Shown here: piece after piece, positions 9,203 to 20,289 of the stretch | Layout of the letters: every line of letters begins with the position of its first letter | Numbering within the stretch: the stretch's first letter is position 1 | The notes under the pieces: model-generated | What the model saw: only the letters and a program-made list of their open reading frames with translations | Databases searched by the model: none | What the model was told of the DNA's origin: nothing | Origin: Candidatus Enterousia sp. | Lineage (GTDB): Bacteria > Pseudomonadota > Alphaproteobacteria > Rs-D84 | NCBI GenBank assembly: GCA_045593685.1 | Contig: JAZNXD010000018.1 | Span: 41,247-105,246 of the forward strand | DNA: 64,000 bases | Reading direction: 5' to 3' | Program-made: the position numbers and the translations under genes

Positions 9203-10969
9203 TTATTTTAATAATTCCTTCATAACTGCGGCGCATGTTCGTGCGGCCGGTCCACTGCCCCCGGCGTGTTCCGTAACAATACAAACCGCATATTTTGGAT
9301 TGTCGGTTGGTGCATATCCAACAAACAGACCATGATTTCGCATATGCCACTTTAATTGTTCATTGGTCAGAACACCTTTTTCGCGTTCTTTTTTTGAAAT
9401 GCTGCGCACCTGCGAAGTACCTGTTTTCCCGCCCATGCGTTTGCCATTAACATTAATCGCACTGCCCGATGCGGTGCCACCCTTTTTAAGAACCTGTTCC
9501 AAACCGTTCAAAACAGCATCAATATTTTTCTGTTGTAAATTCATGCTTTCGAATATTGGTCTTTGTGCGGATTTTATCAATCGTGGTACCACCTGTTTAT
9601 TAGATACGGTTCGTGCCATCATGATTGCCAATTGCAAACAATTTGTTAAAATAAATCCCTGACCGATACCGGAAATAACGGTGTCACCATGCACCCATCT
9701 GTATCCAACATTTTTTTCCTTCCAATATCTATCTGGAATAACGCCGGGCATTTCGCGTGATAAAATACCATCCATATATTTTTCGGAAAATCCCAACCTT
9801 AACGCCATTTCTTTTATCGCATCAATTCCAATACGTAATGCCACCTGATAAAAGTATATATCGCATGAATGTTTTAGCGCCCCGGCCAAATCCATTTTAC
9901 CGTGACCCTTGTGTTCCCAACAATGATATCTGCGATCGCCATAGTCCCAGTATCCCGGACAGAAAATCTTTTCACGTGGGTTTATTGCGCCCGCCTCTAA
10001 CGCGGCCAGTGCAACAACGATTTTAAACGTGGAACCCGGGGGGTAAAGTCCCTCGATTGCCTTGTTCATAAAAGGTTTTGCGATATCTTCGCGCAAACTT
10101 TCTATATATTCATCCCCATCATCTTGATGGAAAATATTTGGGTCAAAACTGGGGGTTGATACCATTGCCAAAATATCACCCGTATCAATATCCAATGCCA
10201 CACCACAACCCGATCTGTGTTGTGTCAGGGCATCGTACATAACCCTTTGTGCATTTTCATTTATGGTTGTTTGAACATTTTCCCCAATAATTGGTGCCAC
10301 ATATTGTGATTTGTCTTCACCGGTTATTCGTCCAACGGCATTGGTTATCATAACGGTTTGTCCGGACGTGCCACGCATATCGTCATCAAATCTTTTTTCC
10401 AGTCCTGTTATACCGGTTGTCAAAAAAGGTGCGTTTGGCACAGGCTTGGCGGGATCCCCAATATATCCAAAAATTTGTGCCCCGGCCGGCCCCAATTCAT
10501 AAATGCGTCTATAACCGCTTTCCACGTGCAGTCCCGGTAAATTTTTCGCCTGTAATTTTGCCAGTTTTCCCCAGTCTGTATTTTCGCTGACCAATACGGG
10601 TTGAAATTTTAATTGTTTTTTTATCTTGGCGCGAATTTTATCAATCTTTTTTTGTTTCAGATTTAATTCCACCCGAACAGTTTCAATCAATTCATCAATA
10701 TCATGTGCTTCTTCTGGGATGATATATATACGATATGTTGGCACATCTTGGGAAATTGGTGCGCCACTGCGTGACAAGATTTTTCCACGTTCGGGCATAT
10801 TAATTTGAATACGATAAGAATTATTTTCACTTTTCTTTTTGTAATCTTGATAATTAAATAATTGCATCTGTAACATACGCAACACCAACACAGATGTTAA
10901 CACCGCCCCCGCCCCCAGGAACAACGCGCTTCTTCTATCAAAGGTACGTGAAACCTCTTTGTCAATCAT
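9203..10969 (-). CDS. mrdA: Penicillin-binding protein 2 (peptidoglycan D,D-transpeptidase MrdA)
   Basis: N-terminal membrane anchor. Transpeptidase motifs STFK and KTGT. 588 aa. Confidence 0.85.
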   Translation of the reverse strand: MIDKEVSRTFDRRSALFLGAGAVLTSVLVLRMLQMQLFNYQDYKKKSENNSYRIQINMPERGKILSRSGAPISQDVPTYRIYIIPEEAHDIDELIETVRVELNLKQKKIDKIRAKIKKQLKFQPVLVSENTDWGKLAKLQAKNLPGLHVESGYRRIYELGPAGAQIFGYIGDPAKPVPNAPFLTTGITGLEKRFDDDMRGTSGQTVMITNAVGRITGEDKSQYVAPIIGENVQTTINENAQRVMYDALTQHRSGCGVALDIDTGDILAMVSTPSFDPNIFHQDDGDEYIESLREDIAKPFMNKAIEGLYPPGSTFKIVVALAALEAGAINPREKIFCPGYWDYGDRRYHCWEHKGHGKMDLAGALKHSCDIYFYQVALRIGIDAIKEMALRLGFSEKYMDGILSREMPGVIPDRYWKEKNVGYRWVHGDTVISGIGQGFILTNCLQLAIMMARTVSNKQVVPRLIKSAQRPIFESMNLQQKNIDAVLNGLEQVLKKGGTASGSAINVNGKRMGGKTGTSQVRSISKKEREKGVLTNEQLKWHMRNHGLFVGYAPTDNPKYAVCIVTEHAGGSGPAARTCAAVMKELLK

Positions 10970-11417
10970 TTCGTATCCTTTGAATTAATAAGGTTATTGG
11001 CATATACATTGCGCATGTCCAAACGAACATCCAAATTCCACGCAGAAATCCCATAAACGACAGTGTTGATAACACCTGGAATAAAATGGCCACCCCCATC
11101 AGAACCATAAATGCCGGTAATCCATTTTTATCCATGCGCGTTAAATCTATAAAACTTTGAAATCCATTTATTGCATAAAACAGACAATATATTGCAACCC
11201 AAAAACACACAGTTTCAAAATTATAATCCAAACACAAACACATCAGTATTGAAAAAAATCCAAACCAACGCACGGGCAATACAAACGAACAAAAGAAAAT
11301 CGGGATAATTGCCATAATCCCCCCGGGATTCCAAAAAGGTACCGATAAACGCCACAGCCCGATTGTTAACAAAAACGGGAAAGATACACGTAAAAAATCA
11401 ATTATATTTTTTTTCAT
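10962..11417 (-). CDS. mreD: Rod shape-determining protein MreD
   Basis: Small polytopic membrane protein lying between mreC and mrdA, with overlapping starts and stops. Confidence 0.6.
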   Translation of the reverse strand: MKKNIIDFLRVSFPFLLTIGLWRLSVPFWNPGGIMAIIPIFFCSFVLPVRWFGFFSILMCLCLDYNFETVCFWVAIYCLFYAINGFQSFIDLTRMDKNGLPAFMVLMGVAILFQVLSTLSFMGFLRGIWMFVWTCAMYMPITLLIQRIRND

Positions 11418-12238
11418 TTGTATTCGTTATTTGGTGTATCAAATTTTAAAACCATCACACGTGACAATTTCATGGGATCAAGAACTTTTACATCCGTTTC
11501 ATCCAATAATTCGCCAACGAATAATCCCGCGGGTAAAACCCCGGAAATATTACTGCTGACCAATTTTAAACCACCCGTTGGTTGAAATTCTGGGTCGCTA
11601 AAAAAGCCAATAACCGGTCGCGCAGAACCATTTCCGGCCATAAAACCATAAACTTCGGAACCTGCAACACGAACGGCAATATTGGTATCAGAATCGGTCA
11701 ATGCACGAACGCGTGCAAAATTTTCCGCCGCATCAATCACAATGCCCACCAACATCATATCCGTACTTGCAACGGCCATCCCAACCCCAACACCATCGCG
11801 TGCACCGCGATTAATGATATATGTATTATGCCCCAACGCACTGTTGTCATGAATAACATCTGCGATAATTGTATCGCGTGGTTGACCGGTTACAATATTT
11901 AATTCCTGTGTTAATTTTTTATTTTCTGCGATTGCAATATCACATGCATATTTATTTGCCAACGCTTCGTCCAGTCTGGTTCGCAATTCTTCATTTTCTG
12001 CACGAAGATTTGATATTTCTGCGACATTATCGATTGCCCCACCCACTGCGCGAATTGGCCAAGTAACCACATCACCGACGAAATGTGCGACCGGTACCAC
12101 CACATGTGACAAAGCGTTCATAATTGCATAATCGGGCTTTGCAATCATAACATATATAAACAGTACCGGTAAAACCGTACTGGCGGCGACGGCACGAATA
12201 ATCGGATACAATTTGGAAGATATTTTTGTTTGTTTCAT
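11414..12238 (-). CDS. mreC: Rod shape-determining protein MreC
   Basis: N-terminal transmembrane segment followed by a coiled coil. Position upstream of mreD. Confidence 0.8.
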   Translation of the reverse strand: MKQTKISSKLYPIIRAVAASTVLPVLFIYVMIAKPDYAIMNALSHVVVPVAHFVGDVVTWPIRAVGGAIDNVAEISNLRAENEELRTRLDEALANKYACDIAIAENKKLTQELNIVTGQPRDTIIADVIHDNSALGHNTYIINRGARDGVGVGMAVASTDMMLVGIVIDAAENFARVRALTDSDTNIAVRVAGSEVYGFMAGNGSARPVIGFFSDPEFQPTGGLKLVSSNISGVLPAGLFVGELLDETDVKVLDPMKLSRVMVLKFDTPNNEYK

Positions 12239-12379
12239 CGGGGCTACTTTAATCCTAAAAAGTCAGATATTCAATAAAAACTTGATTTTTGTTTTATTTG
12301 TGCCACAATAACACCGGTCAAAGTGGCAAGGCATTGCCATCAGACTGTAAAATCATTAGATATAACAAGAGGATATAAA

Positions 12380-12583
12380 ATGCCAAAATTAAAGACTAAG
12401 TCGTACTTGAAAAAGCGTGCGTCTATGACTGCGACCGGCAAAATCCGTGTTGCACGTAACTCTCACAAGAAACTGCTGCGCAAGAAGTCCGCTCGTGCAA
12501 ACAAAGCGGGTGCAAAACCACAGTATCTGAACGAAAACATGGTCGGTCAGGCAAAAATCCTGGCACCGTATGGTTTGAAATAA
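12380..12583 (+). CDS. rpmI: 50S ribosomal protein L35
   Basis: MPKLKTKSYLKKRASMTATGKIRVAR. AAGAGGA ribosome-binding site 7 nt upstream. Confidence 0.85.
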   Translation: MPKLKTKSYLKKRASMTATGKIRVARNSHKKLLRKKSARANKAGAKPQYLNENMVGQAKILAPYGLK

Positions 12584-12597
12584 GGGGGTAACACGTC

Positions 12598-12966
12598 ATG
12601 GCAAGAGTAAAACGCGGAACAACCGTAAAACAAAAACATAACAAGATTTTGGCGCGTGCCAAGGGATACCTGGGCCGTCATCATTCAACATATCGTGCCG
12701 CCCGTGAAAAAACGGAAAAGGCAGGACAGTACGCATATCGTGATCGTCGCGTTAAAAAACGTGAATTTCGTGGTTTGTGGATTGTTCGTATCAATGCCGC
12801 TGTGCGCGCAAATGGTATGACTTACAGCCAGTTTATGAATGGCTTAAAGAAAGCAGGCGTTGCCCTGGACCGCAAGGTTTTGGCCGAAATGGCATATGCG
12901 GGTGATGCAAACTTTGTAAAATTGGTTGACACAGCGAAACGATTTATCAACGCCGAAGGAAAATAA
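12598..12966 (+). CDS. rplT: 50S ribosomal protein L20
   Basis: [18 protein letters not shown]...[10 protein letters not shown]. Confidence 0.9.
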   Translation: MARVKRGTTVKQKHNKILARAKGYLGRHHSTYRAAREKTEKAGQYAYRDRRVKKREFRGLWIVRINAAVRANGMTYSQFMNGLKKAGVALDRKVLAEMAYAGDANFVKLVDTAKRFINAEGK

Positions 12967-13048
12967 TACCTTGATGGCTTGGTATCTGTTTTGTAATAAT
13001 CAAGGCCGTCGCATGACGGCTTTTTAATTTTTATCTGGGGTTAATATT

Positions 13049-13996
13049 ATGCACGAACAAATAAAAAATATAAATACTTTGGAAGAATTACAGGCGCTTT
13101 ATACCGCGACCTTTGGTAAAAATGGCACAATGACCGCACGTTTAAAACAAATGAAGGATTTGGATAACGATGCACGTGCCGAACTAAATCGCGAAAATAC
13201 AGAATTGCGCGAATTGTTTAAAACGCGCCAAATGGAAATTGAAAATGCGGTATTATTGGCGGGTCTGCAAAAACAGAAGTTGGATGTATCGCTAAATCCA
13301 TTGCCGGAAAATTCTGGTACTTTGCATCCTTTAACACACGGTCTGACCGAAATTTCACATATATTGGAATCGTTCGGATACACAATGTACACCGGCCCCG
13401 AAATCGAAGATGATTGGCATAACTTTACCGCGTTAAATACACCAATGCATCATCCCGCCCGTGACATGCAGGACAGTTTCTTTTTACCAAACGGTAATGT
13501 ATTGCGTACCCAAACATCTGCAATTCAAATTCGTGCAATGGAAACGGATGGTGTGCCCATTAAAATGTTTGGCATAGGTTCAACATACCGCAAAGAAATG
13601 GACGCAACGCACAGTCCTATGTTCCATCAAATCGAAGGGTTGTACATAGCCAAAAACATAACAATGTCAGATTTAATCGCGGACGTTCGTGCATTTTTAT
13701 CGCGATTTTTTGGCATTGATAATATTGAATTGCGTATACGTCCATCGTACTTTCCGTTTACAGACCCGTCCATAGAAATAGACATGAAATGGCGCGGTGG
13801 CAAATGGTTGGAAATTATGGGGGCGGGCATGGTTCATCCAAATGTATTGCGTAATTGCAACGTTGACCCAGACGAATACCAGGGTTTTGCCTTTGGTTTT
13901 GGTTGGGACAGATTGGTAATGTTAAAATATGGTCTGAACGATATTCGTCAGTTCTATGATAATGATGTGCGCTGGTTAAAAACGGCCGGATTCTAA
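13049..13996 (+). CDS. pheS: Phenylalanine--tRNA ligase alpha subunit
   Basis: Class II aaRS motifs (FPFTDPS, GAGMVHPNVL). Followed by pheT. Confidence 0.9.
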   Translation: MHEQIKNINTLEELQALYTATFGKNGTMTARLKQMKDLDNDARAELNRENTELRELFKTRQMEIENAVLLAGLQKQKLDVSLNPLPENSGTLHPLTHGLTEISHILESFGYTMYTGPEIEDDWHNFTALNTPMHHPARDMQDSFFLPNGNVLRTQTSAIQIRAMETDGVPIKMFGIGSTYRKEMDATHSPMFHQIEGLYIAKNITMSDLIADVRAFLSRFFGIDNIELRIRPSYFPFTDPSIEIDMKWRGGKWLEIMGAGMVHPNVLRNCNVDPDEYQGFAFGFGWDRLVMLKYGLNDIRQFYDNDVRWLKTAGF

Positions 13997-14011
13997 TGGG
14001 GGATATTTAAG

Positions 14012-16315
14012 ATGAAATGGACACTTGATTGGTTAAACGAATATTTAAAATCGGATGCACCTGCATCTGAAATTGCGGATACCCTGACCCGTATCGGGCT
14101 AGAGGTAGAAGATGTTATTTCCCCCACGTCACCCATTGCTGCGCGTATTGTGGAATGTCGTCCACATGAAAACAGCGACCATTTACATGTATTAATGGTC
14201 GACGATGGCACCGGCACACTGCGTCAGGTTGTATGTGGCGCACCAAATGCACGTGTTGGATTGATTTCTGCATTGGCAATTCCCGGATGTGTTGTTGGTG
14301 GAATTGAAATCAAATCTGGCAAGTTGCGTGGTGTTTTATCGGACGGCATGATGTGTTCGGCACGTGAATTGGGTATCGGTGATGATCACAGTGGTATTAT
14401 TGAATTACCCAAAGATACTGTTATTGGCGCCCCGGTTATGGAAACCAAGACTGTTTTTGATGCGGGGATTACGCCAAATCGTCCGGATTATTTATCTGTG
14501 CGTGGTATTGCGCGTGACCTGGCGGCGGCGGGAATTGGTGAATACATTGTGCCAAACGATACCGAATTTGTGTCCATTAATGGAAAACGTTCTGTGCAAT
14601 TAAAGACCGATAAATGTCGCGCATATAAAATGGTTGAAATTCATGGAATTGATGTCAACCCCAGTTGTGATAAAATTTCTGCACGCCTGATGGCGATTGG
14701 AATTAATCCAAAAAATGCACCGGTCGATGCAACAAATTATATCTGTTATGACATGGCGCAACCCATGCATTGTTTTGATGCAGACCAAATAGACGGGGAT
14801 ATCATTGTGCGCATGGCCGAACCAAATGAAAAATTCACAGATCTGTTTGGCAATGAACATGAATTAACCGAATCCGATATGGTTATTGCCGATAAATCTG
14901 GGATTTTGGCATTGGCGGGTGTAATTGGCGGCACGCGTGGTTCCACAACGGATAAAACAAAAAATATTATTTTGGAATCCGCCTATTTTGACCCCGTGTC
15001 GGTTCGTAAATCCGCAAAAAGATTGGGAATATCAACGGATGCATCGTATCGTTATGAACGTGGCATAGACCCGACAATAACCGGTGTTGCGGCAATGTGT
15101 GCATCTGAAATAATCATGGATGCATGTGGTGGGAAAATCGTTGGCACATATTGTGCGGGAACGGATGTGGCACCAGACGTCAAGATAAAATATAATCCGA
15201 AATATTTTATGAAAAAAACAGGTATTGATTTGGCACCTGAAACCCAACACGAAATTTTAACCCGTCTTGGCTATACGTTATCGTCCGATGGCGCAGATTG
15301 GATTGCAATACCACATCCTTCGCGTGTTGATGTGCAAATTCCTGAAACCATGGTTGCGGATTTATTGCGTATCCATGGATATGATAAAATTGCGACATCC
15401 GACCGTCACACAACGGGTGACAGTCGTCCACATAACACACATGAAATGGATATTAAATGCGCATTGGCATCCCGTGGTCTGAACGAATGTCGTTCGTTTG
15501 GTTTTGGTAATTTGGCGACGGAACAGTTATTATCAGATGCGCCGAACACAGAAATATCAAACCCCATAACATCGGATTATAACACGATGCGCAACGGGTT
15601 GTTGTTTGGTTTGTTGTCGTCTGTATCAAATAATGAAAAGCGTGGTTACGCGGATTTAAACCTGTTTGAATTGGGAACGGTTTTTGATGGCGATATGCCG
15701 GGTCAACAGCATACATCCGTATGTATTGTTCGTACCGGCGCAACCGCACCACGTCATTGGACCGGGCGCAATCGCAATGTTGATATATACGACGTAAAAT
15801 CAGACCTGATTGCATTAATGTCGGGTCAACGTTTTACGCTTTCAACAGAAAACGCACCGCGCTGGGCACATCCATATCGCTATGCGGCGCTGATGCAGGG
15901 CAAAAAGAAAATAGCAGAATTTGGCGAATTGCATCCATCGGTTGCAAAAAAATTACGTATAAAAACAAATGTTGTTATTGCAAATGTGGATGATATTACA
16001 AATCTGCCATCGCATCGTCAAAGCAAACAGCCGACATTATCGGAATTCCAACCAATAACACGTGATTTTGCGTTTATCGTTGATTGTGACATGCCGGCGG
16101 AAAAATTAACGTCTGTTGCACGATCGGTGGATTCACGTATAACAGATGCTGTTGTATTTGACGCATTTGATATGGGAACGGGCAAAAAATCCATTGCCTT
16201 TACGATTTGGATTCAACCAACCGATAACATGTCGGATTCCGACCTGTTATCATTACAGGATTCAATAATCCGTGCGGTTGAAACAAAATGTAATGCCCAA
16301 ATTCGTGATAAATAA
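14012..16315 (+). CDS. pheT: Phenylalanine--tRNA ligase beta subunit
   Basis: 767 aa. N-terminal tRNA-binding domain. Downstream of pheS. Confidence 0.9.
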   Translation: MKWTLDWLNEYLKSDAPASEIADTLTRIGLEVEDVISPTSPIAARIVECRPHENSDHLHVLMVDDGTGTLRQVVCGAPNARVGLISALAIPGCVVGGIEIKSGKLRGVLSDGMMCSARELGIGDDHSGIIELPKDTVIGAPVMETKTVFDAGITPNRPDYLSVRGIARDLAAAGIGEYIVPNDTEFVSINGKRSVQLKTDKCRAYKMVEIHGIDVNPSCDKISARLMAIGINPKNAPVDATNYICYDMAQPMHCFDADQIDGDIIVRMAEPNEKFTDLFGNEHELTESDMVIADKSGILALAGVIGGTRGSTTDKTKNIILESAYFDPVSVRKSAKRLGISTDASYRYERGIDPTITGVAAMCASEIIMDACGGKIVGTYCAGTDVAPDVKIKYNPKYFMKKTGIDLAPETQHEILTRLGYTLSSDGADWIAIPHPSRVDVQIPETMVADLLRIHGYDKIATSDRHTTGDSRPHNTHEMDIKCALASRGLNECRSFGFGNLATEQLLSDAPNTEISNPITSDYNTMRNGLLFGLLSSVSNNEKRGYADLNLFELGTVFDGDMPGQQHTSVCIVRTGATAPRHWTGRNRNVDIYDVKSDLIALMSGQRFTLSTENAPRWAHPYRYAALMQGKKKIAEFGELHPSVAKKLRIKTNVVIANVDDITNLPSHRQSKQPTLSEFQPITRDFAFIVDCDMPAEKLTSVARSVDSRITDAVVFDAFDMGTGKKSIAFTIWIQPTDNMSDSDLLSLQDSIIRAVETKCNAQIRDK

Positions 16316-16387
16316 ACCCCGGGGGCGCATCTGTGCCCCCTTTATTCATACCTTGAAAAGGTAAAAAATATACTCTATACTGCGTGT

Positions 16388-17446
16388 ATGAAGATTTTAA
16401 ACCGCTATTTTATGCGCCAACTGGTTGCGATATTTATCATGCTGTTGTTGATATTAACGGGATTGGCATGGATGATGCAAATTATGTCCATGATGAAGTT
16501 CTTGTTAAAATACGGCATCGATTTGGGCAGTTTTTTGGGGTTGACCGCATTAATGATACCTTTTATTGCATCTATTATAGTTCCCTTTGTATGTTTTATT
16601 GCGGTTATCTTTGTTTACAACAAAATGATATCTGATAACGAAGTAACGGTAATGGCGGCATCCGGTTTATCGCCACGTCAAATTGCGCGTCCGGCACTGC
16701 GCTTGGGGGTTGTTTTGGCGGTGTTAAATTTGATGTTAAATATATGGATTGTACCACACAGTCAGTCTGTGTTTTATGATACCCAGTGGAATTTGCAGTA
16801 CGGTATGGCACACATGAAATTACAGGAAAGTGCATTTACCGAAATATCGGATGGTTTGGTTGTGTATGTTGATCGTGTATCTGGTCATGACCTGTCCCAG
16901 GTTATGTTATCCGACATGCGCGATGAATCCGCCCCCAGCACGATATTTGCCGAAAAGGGAAAATTGGTTACAACGGTGCGTGGATTGTCACTTGTTATGA
17001 CAAACGGTGCGTTGCAATTTAGTGGCGCACAAAGTGTGACGGGAACGTTTGAAACATTTGATATGGATTTAAATTTGGTTGACCGTGGCGGTAATACATC
17101 TTTTCGTGTTCGTCGTGTGCCAACACGTGAATTGTTACGTGTTGCATTTGATGCCCAAACCGAAAAGCAACACAAGATGATTTTATCTGAATTATGCAAC
17201 AGATTTCTAAGCCCGTTGATGAACATCATATTGGCTGCGTTATGTGTAACGATATTGTTGCGTTCGTCATTGTTGCGTCGCCGGACCAGTTTTGCCCCCA
17301 TGTATGCTGTTGCATCCATGGCGGCTGTAATGGCACTGTATATGTCTGCGACTAATATGATTGGCAGTATGACGGGATTTGTTTTATTGGGGATTGGTTT
17401 GTTTGTGTTTTTATCCTGTGTGTTATTGGTATTATCGAAAAGATGA
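16388..17446 (+). CDS. LPS export permease LptF/LptG (YjgP/YjgQ family)
   Basis: 352-aa polytopic permease with a periplasmic beta-jellyroll insert, directly upstream of lptD. Only one F/G paralog is present here. Confidence 0.75.
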   Translation: MKILNRYFMRQLVAIFIMLLLILTGLAWMMQIMSMMKFLLKYGIDLGSFLGLTALMIPFIASIIVPFVCFIAVIFVYNKMISDNEVTVMAASGLSPRQIARPALRLGVVLAVLNLMLNIWIVPHSQSVFYDTQWNLQYGMAHMKLQESAFTEISDGLVVYVDRVSGHDLSQVMLSDMRDESAPSTIFAEKGKLVTTVRGLSLVMTNGALQFSGAQSVTGTFETFDMDLNLVDRGGNTSFRVRRVPTRELLRVAFDAQTEKQHKMILSELCNRFLSPLMNIILAALCVTILLRSSLLRRRTSFAPMYAVASMAAVMALYMSATNMIGSMTGFVLLGIGLFVFLSCVLLVLSKR

Positions 17447-19455
17447 AAAAGTTAATTGTAATCTTGTCTGGTTTTTTGTTTATCGCATCTTCCTATGCGG
17501 TGTCTGTGAACATAGAAGAACCGCGTACCATCATTGCCGACAGGATAGAATACGATGTAAAATCTGAAACGATTAAGACATCCGGTGACACAGAAATAAC
17601 CAACAAATCGGGTCAACGGATGACCCTTACGGATTCTTATATTTCATCCCAGGGTTCCGAACTGTCGGGCCAGGAAATAAAACTGTGGTTGGGCCATCAT
17701 GTTTACGTTGAATCCGATAATATTACACGTCGTGGTGATTTAACGATTGCGCGTCGTGCGACGTTTACGGCATGCGACGATTGTGATTCCTATGGGGATG
17801 CATGGGAAATCACCACGTACAAGATTGTTCATGATATGCAATCGCGCATGCTTGAATTTTACAGCCCTGTGATGCGTGTATATGATATACCGGTGTTGTG
17901 GTTACCGTATTTTGAAATGCCGGACCCCGGTGTGAAATACAAGACTGGGTTTTTAATGCCTGATTTTGAATCGACGAACAATATGGGAACCCAAATAAAC
18001 GTTCCGTTTTATATATCTATATCTGACACACACGATATCACATTAACCTTGTCGTATTTGACCCAGGAAAACCCATTATTTCAACTGGAACACCGCCTTA
18101 ATGCTGCGCACTCAGAATATCGTACCAGTGGTTCCTATACCCACAATCGTGCGGGTGCGGATCGTTGGCATATTTTTAACGATGATGTAATAGAATTGGG
18201 TGAATATGCACGTGCAACAATATTCTTGGAACGTGCATCGGACCGCACGTATTTACAGAAATATGGTTTCTATAATGACCAGCCATATTTGGATTCTGGT
18301 GCAAAATTGGAATTATTTGGCCAAAGCAGTTATGTTGTTGCCGATGCACACGTATTCCAAGAATTGCGTGAAAGTACCGGGGTTCAGACCGCACCCGACG
18401 GTGATATATTACCAAATATTCGTGCGGTACATCAAACGGCGCCACTGTTTGGTGAAACATACGCCACGTTTTCCGGTGATGTATTGGGCATTTCGGGCGA
18501 CGGCACCGCGGCCCAGCGTTTAATTGGTGACGCACGTTTAACGACGCCATGGACATTGTGGGGTGGTAACCGCCTAACGGCCAGTGTTTCAACCCGATAC
18601 GACATATATCATTTTGACCAAACGCCCATGGTCGAAGGTGGTACCTATTCCGGATTTAAAAACAGATTTTTACCCAGCGGGTATTTGGAATGGGGATTGC
18701 CCATGTTCAAGCCATCATCAAATTGGACACAAATAATAGAACCACGTGCACGCATAACGTTTATGCGCCACTTGGATGCCGAAGAATTCGCACTCAGTAA
18801 TGATTCTGCCGGTACTATCTTGACCGATTCCACGCTGTTTTCGGACAATCGTCTTGCGGGGTTGGATTTGTGGGAAAACGGCACATACGCAGACTATGGT
18901 GCGCGTTGGGCGGCATTTAACAAAGATGGCCAAACGATTGAAATCTTTTTGGGTCAATCCTATGATTTTACCGAACGTCCATCTATTGATTTGAACAGTG
19001 GTTTTCACAATGGTGCATCTGACTATGTTGGTCGTATTGCATACAATAATATGAAGTGGTTTAACATTGCATCACGTTTCAGATTAAACCAGGAAAACCT
19101 GTCGCTTCGTCATATGGAAACGTCCGCAAATATTGGTACCCCCCGAAACTTTTTAAACGTCGGTCACATTTGGTCGCAACACCTAAGCGATGAATTCACC
19201 GAAAACATTGATATAAACGAAGCAATAATCGGTGCCGGGATTCAGTTAACCAATCGTTGGTCTTTGCGCTGGAATGCAATTTATAACATGGAATTGGGCG
19301 CGTTTCAGCGTCACACCGGTGGATTCTTTTATAACCATCCATGCTATTATCTGTCCATTGAATATCGTCGTGATAACGCGGTCAAAGAAGACTATGTTGG
19401 TACCACAACATTTCAATTCAGATTTGGCATGGCCATAGAAGGCCAACAATATTAA
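17443..19455 (+). CDS. lptD: LPS-assembly protein LptD (OstA)
   Basis: Signal peptide. N-terminal OstA-like domain plus a large beta-barrel. 670 aa. Confidence 0.85.
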   Translation: MKKLIVILSGFLFIASSYAVSVNIEEPRTIIADRIEYDVKSETIKTSGDTEITNKSGQRMTLTDSYISSQGSELSGQEIKLWLGHHVYVESDNITRRGDLTIARRATFTACDDCDSYGDAWEITTYKIVHDMQSRMLEFYSPVMRVYDIPVLWLPYFEMPDPGVKYKTGFLMPDFESTNNMGTQINVPFYISISDTHDITLTLSYLTQENPLFQLEHRLNAAHSEYRTSGSYTHNRAGADRWHIFNDDVIELGEYARATIFLERASDRTYLQKYGFYNDQPYLDSGAKLELFGQSSYVVADAHVFQELRESTGVQTAPDGDILPNIRAVHQTAPLFGETYATFSGDVLGISGDGTAAQRLIGDARLTTPWTLWGGNRLTASVSTRYDIYHFDQTPMVEGGTYSGFKNRFLPSGYLEWGLPMFKPSSNWTQIIEPRARITFMRHLDAEEFALSNDSAGTILTDSTLFSDNRLAGLDLWENGTYADYGARWAAFNKDGQTIEIFLGQSYDFTERPSIDLNSGFHNGASDYVGRIAYNNMKWFNIASRFRLNQENLSLRHMETSANIGTPRNFLNVGHIWSQHLSDEFTENIDINEAIIGAGIQLTNRWSLRWNAIYNMELGAFQRHTGGFFYNHPCYYLSIEYRRDNAVKEDYVGTTTFQFRFGMAIEGQQY

Positions 19456-19470
19456 TCAAAGGAAGCAAGG

Positions 19471-20289
19471 ATGAAAAAACTGTTAATACTATTGTCGGTA
19501 TTTTTTGTTGCGCCCGCATTTGGCGCATCCGTCGTGGCCAGTGTAAATGGCACCCCGATAACGGATACTGATATAACCGCGCGCACAAAATTAATGGCGC
19601 GCCAGGGCAAGACCAGTACCGACAATCGTCGTGTTGCCCTGCAAAATATAATCGACGATAACGTAAAATTAACATATGCCACAAATTTTGGTGCCGTGCC
19701 CGATGACAAAACGGTGGATGCAGAATTTAAAAAAATGAAATTGGGTGATTTATCTGCATCTGAACGTGAAATGGCGCGTAACGCCCTGCGTTCTGAAATC
19801 GCATGGCAGGTTATTGTTGCCCGTACAATTTTACCAACGGTCGATATATCCGCCGAAGATATTGCATCCGAACGTGCGAACCTGGCGCGTGAACATGGAT
19901 TGCCACTTGAAATGACAATAATTCGATTAACGGATATTCCCGCCGATATTGCAAAAAAATTAACCAAGCCAAAATCATGTGACAATGCGATTGAAATGGC
20001 GGAAAATTTGGGCGGATTGCCGCAAAAGTTTACCGCCATGCAATATGAATTATCGGCCGATATTCGTGAACGCGTGGCCACATTACCCAAACTTACCTGG
20101 TCACCACGTGTGGATGATTCTGTGTTATTGATATGCGACAGTAAAAAAACATCCGAATATAAAAACCTGGATGAAATCATCAAACAGAACGCAACCTATA
20201 AACAGGCAATGTTTATGGCGGACCAGCAATTAAAACAATTACGCAGGCGGGCGGTTATTGTCATTAACGATGACCGATATAAATTATGA
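19471..20289 (+). CDS. SurA N-terminal-domain periplasmic chaperone-like protein (no PPIase domain)
   Basis: Signal peptide. SurA-like N-terminal segment. Sits at the lptD-surA position. Confidence 0.55.
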   Translation: MKKLLILLSVFFVAPAFGASVVASVNGTPITDTDITARTKLMARQGKTSTDNRRVALQNIIDDNVKLTYATNFGAVPDDKTVDAEFKKMKLGDLSASEREMARNALRSEIAWQVIVARTILPTVDISAEDIASERANLAREHGLPLEMTIIRLTDIPADIAKKLTKPKSCDNAIEMAENLGGLPQKFTAMQYELSADIRERVATLPKLTWSPRVDDSVLLICDSKKTSEYKNLDEIIKQNATYKQAMFMADQQLKQLRRRAVIVINDDRYKL

